NCBI GenBank assembly: GCA_017654855.1
Contig: CM030338.1
Coordinates: 1,922,001 to 1,986,000 of the forward strand
Origin: Podospora anserina
Taxonomy: Eukaryota
Length of the DNA stretch: 64,000 nucleotides
Direction: 5' to 3'
Each line of letters begins with the position of its first letter. Positions within the stretch are counted from its first letter, which is position 1. The notes below the pieces were generated by a model. It was not told the DNA's origin. It saw only the letters and a program-made list of their open reading frames with translations, and did not search any database. This document shows, one piece after another, positions 37,194-47,259 of this stretch. Made by a program: the position numbers and the translations under genes.

Positions 37194-38789
37194 TCATTCT
37201 CTTTTAAAAACAACTGCAGACTGCCGGTGCCGAGAGGGGAGTCGGTATCGCACACACACGGAAGGCCAGCCCCGGAGTGCTCTATCGAGATGGTGATAGA
37301 TTGATCGGCAGAGGGTGATGAGATGGCTTAGAGGGCCTGTCGGTGCCGGAAGTTGTCTTCAGCTTGCGACCTGCCAAGTTCAGCTCGCTCACCCATCAAG
37401 GCCATTTCGTCCCGCACCCTGTCGATTGACCTGCCTTCTAGAAGGCAAAACTCTAGCTGGGAGAGCATGAGTGCGGCACGGGGTTGTTGTGTGCTTGGTT
37501 TGGGTCGGGGAGAGCGATGGGCAAAAAGGACGTATTAGGCGATTGGGTATCATGAAGCGTGCGGCGTAGTTTATGTAGTTATTATGTTATTATTCAACGA
37601 CTGTACTCCGTACTCAAGCCAATTCTCGACGATCCCCGGCATCTGGCGCCCCCGGGTGGCATGGCGTTTCCCCTCAACCACCTACCCGGAACAGCCTAGC
37701 CTAGCTGCGCGGAATGGCTGCGAACATCCCTGTCTCGCGTGGTGATTGGCAACGAAACCCCCGGTGCGCCCATCGGTCGACAGGGCATCTTCAGAAGAAG
37801 AAGAAGGCACCTTGCGGTAGGTTGGGGGTGGGGTAATAATCGGACCATGCTCAACGGGAAAGATCCAAATGAAGTCCAGAGACAACTTGCAGCCATCGCC
37901 ATCTCAGCGACCCAGTCGGGTAAAAAAGAGACGGGCTCGGCGCTGCATCTCCCATCTGTTAAAAAACTGCCATCAGCAAAAGAGAGAGAGACCCAGCATC
38001 TGGTTTGTGGTGGGGAGGGAGGGAGGTTCCATCGATATTGTGGATGGAGGATGCCCAAGCGAGCGAGCCGGGTGGGTTTTTTCAGCCCCTCCAGCGGTTG
38101 TGCCAAGGAGTCATATTGGGCACATCTTCCGCTTCCCGTCATCATTTGCCCGTTGCCCTTTACTTCTTTTGCCCTCCTGCCTGCCAGTACCTTGCATTCC
38201 CTATTGCCTATTGCCTATTCATAGTGCCGCCTGTCTTTTTTTACCATTCTTTCGCTCACTCTTTTTACTCGACTACATACATTCGAATACTCACTCAAGC
38301 ATCATCATCACTCATGTACAGTGTCCGATCTTCTGCAGCAGACTAACACTACGCCCACCCATTATATCATCACACACAGAACAGGTTCCCTTGCACCTCG
38401 GCTTGGGTGCTTCCCATATGCTAAGCTTTCCTGCCTTGGCGGTCTCTCCACCAATCCGATCCCTCTCAAAGTCAGACTCGGTGCATGGTAAACCCGCCAG
38501 CAAGTGTGCGTCGCTGGATTTCAAGTTCATCACCGGCCTCAAACTCTCGCCCGGGGGCTCAGCGTAGCAACCGGGCGCGCCGACTCAAGCAGCCCGACTC
38601 GTAGCAGGGAGACCACGCAAACATCGCCATCGTGCTGGGCCGCTTTTAAGGGAGTTTTACTCACCTCAGGGGAGGTGTACGGGGGTTCGGGGTGCACACG
38701 ATGCCAGTGGGGGACGACTCGAGCTATCTCACAAAAAGGAGGGCGTCACCACTTGCGTGATCAGTATCACAGAAAGTGTCACGTGTCCC

Positions 38790-40017
38790 ATGGAGCAAAG
38801 GCCTGGCGATGCCTTCTCCCAGCACAGCGGCGACGCGAGCGACGCGCCCCCATCAGGGGGGATGGGGCGCCCGCGCCGCATGTCCATGGAGGAGGATATG
38901 TTCTACCGGGCAGTCATGACGTCGCGGCCAAAGAACCCGCCGAGCTATGAGACGGCCATGCAGGCTGCTGTGGCGGCCGAGAGGAGGGTGATGGCGATGG
39001 CTGCTGTCGAGGACCAGGAAGAGAGGCTGCCCCAGTACTCATCCGAGTTGGATATTGAGGGCGTGTTTATGCGCAAGATGGAGATGGAGGACACGATCAA
39101 GCGGGCCGAGTATCGAGACTGGAGGATGGTTTATGTCGAGCTTCGGGGAACGGCACTCAACGTCTACTCGGTCAAGAAGGAGCGTGGATGGTGGTCGTCA
39201 AAGCCGGACGCACCTAACATTGCGCCTGATAATCCGCCATGGGTGAAGAAGCATGCGTTGGAGCGGAGCTACAGCCTGCTCTATGCGGATGCGGGGATCG
39301 CGGCGGATTACAAGAAGTGGGTTCAACCCTGTTGCTTCGCCATGAGATGGGATGACAGCTGACATGAGGAACAGGAAGCGCTACGTCATTCGGCTACGAG
39401 TGGAAACGGACCAGTTTTTATTGTCGTGTTTCGAGTTGAGCACATTTGTCACATGGCTCGACAGGCTTTATGCCGCCTTCAACGTGGCTGCACCCATCGA
39501 TGAGCGCGATTTCCCCAGGGACTACAGCATACCACGGATTCAGAGGATACGGTTCTTGCGCGGACAACGACCGCCACCCCAGGACCATCTTGGCAGGCAA
39601 CCCGATCATAGAAGACCAGACGAGAGCGACGAAGACGACAGCGAAGGGGAGGGAGAGGGCGGTGAACCACCAGATCACAGAGGTGGCGGCGGACGTGGGC
39701 CACGGCCGGCTGAATACCCAATAATGGCGAGGTTATCAATATCATCATACGCGAACGAGAACGTCGACCCGGAAACCGGAAAATGGCTGCCAGAACACGG
39801 CTGGACCATCGCCCACGACCAGCTCTACGCCCGTCTGTGCTACGCGGTACTATTATTCAAGTCACCACGGAAGAGCAATTACATTGTCTCACGAGGCAAG
39901 CGGTGGTGGGTCGACTGGGACAGCGGCAAGATGGTTCGGGTGCTGCCCCCGGCCTACGGCGAAATCGACGTCATGGGCCCATGGCAGATCATCATGGCCG
40001 AGAACAGGAGGATATAA
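38790..40017 (+). CDS. Fungal PH-domain-containing protein with PPxY-like motifs; exons 38790-39316 and 39375-40017
   Basis: PPSY and LPQY motifs, and PH-like strands (RDWRMVYVELRGTALNVY; YSLLYADAGIAADYKK|KRYVIRLRVETDQFLL..WLDRL..APIDER). Intron 39317-39374. Confidence 0.85.
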
Positions 40018-40652
40018 GCCTGTTGTCACAACGCAACTATTTCCTTCTATGTTTGTCTTGCATTATACTCACACTTGACTGTTATTTTCTTTTTATTATC
40101 TATCTATATATCTGGGCGCGGAGTTGCGGGTTTCGAATTATCGGGAGCATACTTGGGACACAATCTTTGCGTTTGCAGCAAATGGGGCATCTGGAACGGG
40201 AAGGAGGGAGGGATGTGTCTCGAGTCGGGCGAGCATTATACCATGCGTGTGATTTTATTGTTGGGGGGAAGAGGAGGAAAATGCGTTTTGCTTTTTTTGG
40301 TTGGATGTATATATACCCACGCGCAACAGATACCACATATTTAAGAGCATAATTGACCGGTTCCGGTAGCGAGACTTTTGTGTTGGCATGTGTTGTTTAA
40401 TACCGCCTGGCCCAACCACATGAACTTTTATGGTGGCATGTTGCTCTGTTTTGGTTGTGCCCTCCACCATACTTTCAGTGTGCTTGATTTCATTGCTAGA
40501 GAAAACCGAACACAGCCCCTGTCTGACTAGTTCAATTACGCCCAAACGCCCCCTCTGTCGTTCTTGTCCTGTCATGGCAGCGGAGGTATATATATCCATA
40601 CATGGCAAACAAAGCCCCTTATTCCCAACCTATACATCATCATCCCCCTATT

Positions 40653-41459
40653 TCAACCGCCCCCAACCCTTGCCAACTCCCCATCCACCCTCCTCGTCTC
40701 CTCCTCCAGCTCACCAGCCAGCACCCCCCCCAAAACCTCACTCGCCCCCCTCACATCCCCCACCATATTTTCCACCCCCTTGACCAGCCGCTCCATCTCC
40801 CTCCTCTGAGCCAACACCTCCTCAAATAGTCTTCCATTCCCCCCCCTCACCTCCTGTAACCTCTCCCCCAACCTTGTTTCCTGCTCCCTAAGGTAACCCC
40901 TTAGGTGAGCCTTAAGCACAACCTCAGCACCAAGCGTATGAGGCGGCACCGGCCTTTCCCCCCCTCCACCATCCCGCCTCCTCCCCGCCTGAGCCTCAGC
41001 TATCAACCCCTCTAGCTCATTCAGTTTCTGAATCACCTGTCTCGACTCGAGGATCCGCTCAAACTCCCTGTTCCAGAGGGTGGACAGCCGGTCGATCATC
41101 TGCCTGTGGACATTATCTAGCGTCCCTGGCGCTTTTTCTGCAATGGTTGGGAAACATTCCCGGAAGTTGGACGGGGAGAGTTTGTCGAGGGTGTGGGTTG
41201 TTGTTTGTTGGAATAGTTGTTTTAACCGCTGCGCGCGGGGGCCGGGGATCACGGGCTCGGATGAGGGTGGTAGCTGGTCCGAGGGGATTGGGTCCGAGGT
41301 TGGGTCCGAGTGGGGGGGTTGTTGATCAGGTTGGGATTGGGGTTGTTCTGGTTGGGATTGGGAGGGTGGTTGTGGTTGTGCGTCTGGGGCGGGGAGCATC
41401 TCGACGTCTTGTTGTTGGTCGGGTTGCTGGTTGGGTTGGGGTGGTGGTGGTTCAGACAT
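40653..41459 (-). CDS. NNF1: Kinetochore Mis12/MIND complex subunit Nnf1
   Basis: Pattern PGPRAQRL..TLDKLS..NFRECFPTIA..ILESRQVIQKLNELEGLIAEA..PPHTL..VLKAHL with a C-terminal coiled coil. Confidence 0.8.
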   Translation of the reverse strand: MSEPPPPQPNQQPDQQQDVEMLPAPDAQPQPPSQSQPEQPQSQPDQQPPHSDPTSDPIPSDQLPPSSEPVIPGPRAQRLKQLFQQTTTHTLDKLSPSNFRECFPTIAEKAPGTLDNVHRQMIDRLSTLWNREFERILESRQVIQKLNELEGLIAEAQAGRRRDGGGGERPVPPHTLGAEVVLKAHLRGYLREQETRLGERLQEVRGGNGRLFEEVLAQRREMERLVKGVENMVGDVRGASEVLGGVLAGELEEETRRVDGELARVGGG

Positions 41460-42049
41460 TTTATAGTGACTAGTATCTCAATGGGAAATAGTGAACGTGC
41501 TGATAAATGGGGTCGGAAATCGTGGTGGTGGTGGATGTTGATATCGTTAAAGAATTCAAGTGTAAGCCGAACAAGAAAATCGCGTCGCGTCGCGCAGTCG
41601 CAAACCCCAAGACAAGCATTTACCTTGGCCCCGCCCAAAAACGCGGGGCACCCGCTAAAAAGCTTCCCCTGCGCAGCCGCGCTTGGCTTCAAGACCCTGC
41701 AGCACTTGGTCAAGCCCGCCCCTTTCTTAGCCCCTTTCTCCGTCCTTCGTCCAACACGACAACTCAAAGGTGACCAGTTCCAAGAGCAGTGACATTATAT
41801 TCTACTAAAAAGGTATCAACCCCTCTCTCAAATTCTCATTATAAACAAAAAAACCCAATCCCTCCCTAACATTCATCATATACTTTGACATAATAAACCC
41901 ATCATCTCTACCAGTCCATCAAACCGAAATGTTATTTACAGTCCAAACCAAACATTTCTCTGACATGTCCCCCAAACCATCCCTCATATTCCCCTCCCCA
42001 AAACACAAAAACACTTTCTCCCAAACCCAAACGCCATGCCCCCAAAATA

Positions 42050-44907
42050 TCAATAATCATCCACCGACGTCCCCCCCCTCGTACTCGTATCCCCCTGCGC
42101 CCGCCTTTCCATTCTCCTCCTCCTCCTCCGGTCGATAGCGGCGATATCCCCACTAGTAAACGTCGCCTGACTACCCCCCGGACTAGCAAGGGAACTCATC
42201 GTCACAGTAGCTGTATTCGTCGGTGGCCCCCCCGACGGCCCAGGCTGTCCCTGAAGCGGTGCCACACCCGCCGGCGGAGGAGGTCCAGAATAATAAGCCG
42301 AATCCTTTCCTCCCGGAGGCCCTCCCGGTCTCCTTCCCGCACCATATGGCGTCGACAACGGTGGCACAGAGTCATCCCTCTCTCTGCTCTCTACCCTCTG
42401 CTCGGCCGCCGATTCAGCCCTTCTTGTGCTGCTGGGTTCACGTCGATACCGCCTGTTAGTCGGTGTCTCCGTCCCAGAAGAACTGCTGACCGAGTCCTGG
42501 CGCCGGCGTCGCTGCTGCTCCCGCCGAGCTTCTTCCTCGGTCAACATGCGGAGGGTGATGTTTCTGTCGGGGTCGTCGCGGACGCCTATCCTGACGCTGG
42601 CAACTGGGTCCCCCCGTCGTCGGCGATCCTCGTCCTCCTGCGCAGCCAAGGCACTAGCTGTGGCCGCGGCGGCAGCTGCTGCTGCTTGGGGGTCTCGGAT
42701 TCGACTGCGGCGACGGCCACCTCTGTTGGGAGAGCTAAAAGCGTCGCTGTCTGATTCCTGGCGGAGGAATCCCTGAGGGTCAGAGGGCATCGGTAGCATG
42801 GCGATGGGGTCGCCGAGGTTGTTTCTCGAATTTGGATGGGAAGGCCCGGAAGAATCACTTGTTGGGAAAGGCGGACCAGGTGCTGGGGGTCCACCGGCCG
42901 TCGCTACCGGATAAGCAGGCGGCGGTCCTGGATACCCTTGAGGTGGTGGACCAGTTGCCACAGGGGGAGCTGGAGGCGGTGCGACACTCGTGCCAACACT
43001 AGACGGCGGCGGGAGTCGAGAGCCAGGTGGTGCTGGATCGTATGGTGTGGTGCCCCGAGGTTCAATCGAAGACTCATCGGAAAGCATCGAGGTGGCGGTC
43101 TCGGTATACGTGACAGCTGATGGGGGTGGGCGGTTTCTGTGTAGACGTCTCCTCGACTGCTCCCTCCTTGGCGTAGCTGGACTAGAGTAGCCGTCACCCG
43201 TATACCTTGACCCTCGACGACCTGAGCGCCTATCATCTTCCTCTTCCCGGCGTCTTTCATCCTCGGCCCTTAACCGTTCCTTCTCTCTGTCATCTTGCTT
43301 GCTCTTGTTGCCGCTCATCCTATTCGCTAGCCATCCCAAACCAATGCCAGCCAAGAAACCCTTGCCTGCGCCGCCCCCGCCAGTGCTCGGTCGTCTTTCC
43401 GAAGCTCTTCTCGAGGGGCTGACATACGAAGAATAATCCGAAGTAACCACGGTGCTGTCCATTTTCGATGTGCCAGTGCGCGAGCGTCTCGGGGGCGTGA
43501 TAGGGCCTCCTCGTCGTTCATCGGCAGCACTCAAGGCAGCCGCAGCCGCAACTGGGTTGGGAGCAGGAAGGATAGGCGATCGGCGTCCATCACGTTGGCT
43601 AGGTCTCCGCGGGGGCACAGTCGACTCGGTGTAACCGGTGTAGCCTGTATAATCAGTGTATTCGCTCTGGGTGAACTCGCTCCGGGGAGGAGGAGGTCTG
43701 CGGCCGCTTCGGGTCCGGCTTGGGGTTTCGGTGGACACAGCAGAATAGTCGTCGCGCCGATTGTCTTTGCCTTTACCAAACATCTTGGACATGAGCATAC
43801 CAGCACCGACACCCGCGCCGGCGCCCAGAATCTTATTCATGAAGCCACCTCCACTTGCGCGACGTCGGTCAACCGGTTTCTCATCGTAATAGCTGTCGGA
43901 TCGGCGAGAAGAGAGAACTGTGGTAGCAGGTCGTGTGGTTCCAGTCCGCGTGCTCGGGCTCGGGCTGCGACTCAAAGCTCTTTCCGCGTCCCGGTCCTTC
44001 TTGTCCTTGCGGCCTCGCAAAAGTGCAATGGCACCAGCTCCAGCAGCCAACGGACCCAGCCAACCCATACCTCCGCTAGGTTTGCGATCCGAAGTCACCC
44101 TGCTGCTCGTCACCCTGCTGCTCGTCACCCCAGACACAGTGGTGCCACCACCGCCTCCACCCATGACCCATTCCCGTCTTCCATAGTCCTTAAAGTCCAA
44201 AAAGAAGAACAAGAACAGCAAGAATGCCATCCAGATAGCGAACAGAATAAAGGTGTACTTCGGGGAGCCGTAGAGCGTGAGACCGAGGGGCACCTGGACA
44301 ATGCCGAGAAGAACGATAGACCGTCCGAACCAGCGATGGAGATGTACCCTGAACGACCTCCTCCCAGAGAGCTTCTTGATCAAGCGGCCACCGAGAGCCT
44401 GGACGAGAATGAGTACGTAAATGGCGACGCCAATGCCATGGTGAGGGTTCGTAAGGTTTCGTGGCGGTCCAACGGCGAAGAATCCTAGCGCGAACACAAC
44501 GGTGCTCAAGGCGACAGCCAGTATCTGTAGGTAGGCATGGAAGCGGATAGCACTGCCTGGTCGTGCCGTGTAATATCTCGCCAGCAACACTGCGATAGGA
44601 ATAATGAAGAGGAAGGTAATGGCGGCCAAGACGCCATGCCCCAGTATGAGACTGTGGTATTCGGTAACACTTGAGAAGCGGTTGCCCATGCCTAGACGTT
44701 ATCAAACCGTCCGTTAGTATCCAGCACGGTGGGTTCCCAACTGTATGGTCACATACCATTGTACCGCATTGTCTCAAAGTTCAGCCCTTGGAGATTGGGC
44801 AACAGGAATGTATTCTTTGTAAAGTCCCATGTCCCATCGCCCACGCTCAGGGTGTCGGACGAGTAGGAACTCGACCCCGGCGGGGAGAGGGAGTCTGCCG
44901 GCGCCAT
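42050..44907 (-). CDS. Membrane protein: N-terminal cytochrome b561-like domain plus long disordered S/R/P-rich tail; exons 44907-44757 and 44691-42050
   Basis: Four conserved-type His in transmembrane helices (HGVL, FHAYLQ, PHHGIG, LHRWFGR). Intron 44756-44692 (GTATGT..ACTAAC..TAG). Confidence 0.82.
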
Positions 44908-45903
44908 GGCGGCGGTGCGCGGCGACCTTTTCGCTCAAGCAAACCAGGAAGTGCCCGCTATGGGTAATTCAGAGGAATGAATGGAACAATCGAGATTTGA
45001 GATGGAAAAATGCGCAAAAACACAAAAGAGAGTGGGTATGCCGCTGGAATGTGTCGCGGTAACCGGACCATGGACGTGGTGACGAGTTCCAGCTTCCGAT
45101 ACCCAAAATCTGGCGGTGGACTTGGAGGAGGCTGGGATGGCGGGGCAACTGGTTGGCTTCCGATTTGTATTTCCAAGCTGCCCTTGTGCCAGCTGTGCAA
45201 CTTGGTTTCGGGCGTGGAGCTGCTCGTCGGCTCAGCTGGAAAACCGGGTGGCTGGACGTCAAAAGAGCGCAGGACGACAGGGAATAACTTCAGTTTCCAA
45301 GGTGGACATCGTCATGGCCGGGAGGACTCCATCTCGAGGGAAACATTGAAGACCCTGATGCTGTCCAGCCTGCTTTGCCCACGCTCACAGAGCGTTGCTA
45401 CGGAAGCGAGCTTGGACCACCTTCCCAGCCCCTTCGCGCCCCTTGTTTAGTGGGTCTGCCGTCGATTTTCTGGGGTTCTTGGCGCGTCTGTCAATTGACC
45501 TTGGTGGGGTGGCACGGTGGATGAGATAAGATAAGATGAACACTTGAATTCAGATGAATTGACTTCAGATCATCTCTCACCATTCTCCTGTCCGAGTGGA
45601 CATGGCACTGACCTGATGGTGGTTAACTCAGCAAAATCTTGGCACCAATTGATACGAAATACGATTCCGACATGCGTCTCCAAGTTGTGGCTGCCGACGG
45701 CCAATCTTTGGTCTGCCCGCCCCGTCAATAACAATCGCAGCCTTGCCGCAGAGCTGCCATGGAATGGTCACCGAGGTGAGGAGGCTTTGCTTTGGATTTC
45801 CGAGGGGCATCTTGTTGGCCGAGATATATGGGCATCGTGGGCTCTTCGACGGGAGTTCTAGTCTTCACCTCTCCAAAGACCTGCTGGACACAACATCTCA
45901 AAA

Positions 45904-46695
45904 ATGGCAGATAATACCCTTGAAAACAACATGCCTGGCTCTTCCAAGTACGCCACCCTTTCTTTCCACAAAACGGACACCATCCGCTTGTTGGGTTTCC
46001 CAGACGAGATCAAGTCAAATATGGAATCCGTGATTGCCTCGGTCTGGCAACCTGGCATTCAATCTAATGGGCCATGTGGTGAGGCATTCGAATTCAAGTT
46101 GAAAGGGAAGCCGTGGGGATACTTTGGTAGTCAAGATGCGGTTGGAGGGATACGGCTGCTTCGGGATCTTCTCGCCCTACTTTACAACCACTCCTGGGAA
46201 CTTGTCACCTCGGCGATATGCAGCCGACGATATACCGCAAAGGACACTTTGATTTTCCGACGAACCTCACTTCCCTCAGCTGTTGTACCCGCACAGCCAG
46301 TTGAGTGGCTTGGGTTGGCGACGGCTTTCTATGACAAGATTCGGATCGTATATGACGCAAAGAACGACGGATGTCCAGGGACCGAGGCTGATCATGATCA
46401 CCTGGGTGTCGTCATCATGAATCTCAAGAAGATGCTGGAGAGCCTGGACTACTTTGAGAAGGGTGACTGGAGCCATGATTCGTTCGAGTTCAAGTTGAAA
46501 GGCCGGCCATGGCGGTCTAGAGGTGAAGCCTCTGTCAAGATGCGGCTGATGGTCTTGTGGCTGTTGGAGACGATGGAGTCGATGGGCTGGAGAGTGTATG
46601 CCACCATCTTGCAGCGCACTGGGACTGATGAGGACCGGATGATGGATACCTGGTATTTTGTGAGAACAAGACCAAGCGGCGAAAATGTCACTTAA
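45904..46695 (+). CDS. Hypothetical protein with an internally duplicated ~110-aa domain
   Basis: 263-aa ORF containing two copies of D.IR...FEFKLKG.PW......L...W.......DT..F. Confidence 0.8.
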   Translation: MADNTLENNMPGSSKYATLSFHKTDTIRLLGFPDEIKSNMESVIASVWQPGIQSNGPCGEAFEFKLKGKPWGYFGSQDAVGGIRLLRDLLALLYNHSWELVTSAICSRRYTAKDTLIFRRTSLPSAVVPAQPVEWLGLATAFYDKIRIVYDAKNDGCPGTEADHDHLGVVIMNLKKMLESLDYFEKGDWSHDSFEFKLKGRPWRSRGEASVKMRLMVLWLLETMESMGWRVYATILQRTGTDEDRMMDTWYFVRTRPSGENVT

Positions 46696-47259
46696 TAATA
46701 AGTGAGTGTGACGAAATCAGACCAGAAAGTCCAGCATTCCTTCCTCTCTTGAATTATAGACAGACATATCGGCCCACGCGGCTGCCCGTCCAAGCCGTAC
46801 CTGCCTGCTCATTACACGCAAGCGGGTAAGCCGGAAAGAGCGCTGTTCCAGTTGCACTTTCCTTTTTTTTTCTCCGCTCCTTGGCCACGAGCTGGATCTT
46901 GACCTTCCAGTTGCGCGTGGGGGTGAAAGATAATCACGTATTCGAATCATCAATCACTATATCCCATATCACTCGCCAAAGGCCTCACCACCGCCTACTT
47001 TGATTGGACGCAGCACAGCAGCTTCACCATCGCCGAAGCCGGAAACCCAAAATCCCTCGTGTTTTTTATGCCTCAATATGGCACCGGACTCGAGGTAACC
47101 GGCATATTGTAAAAAGAACAGTCATTAACGTATATATTTTCAGTTCAGCTTTCGCTATACAATCATTCTGGGGTCTTTTGCCCTGTTTTGTCGTCATGGG
47201 GATCCGAACGCCCAACCAACACCAAACGCCATAAGCTCAAATTCAATTTGTTTCCAGAT

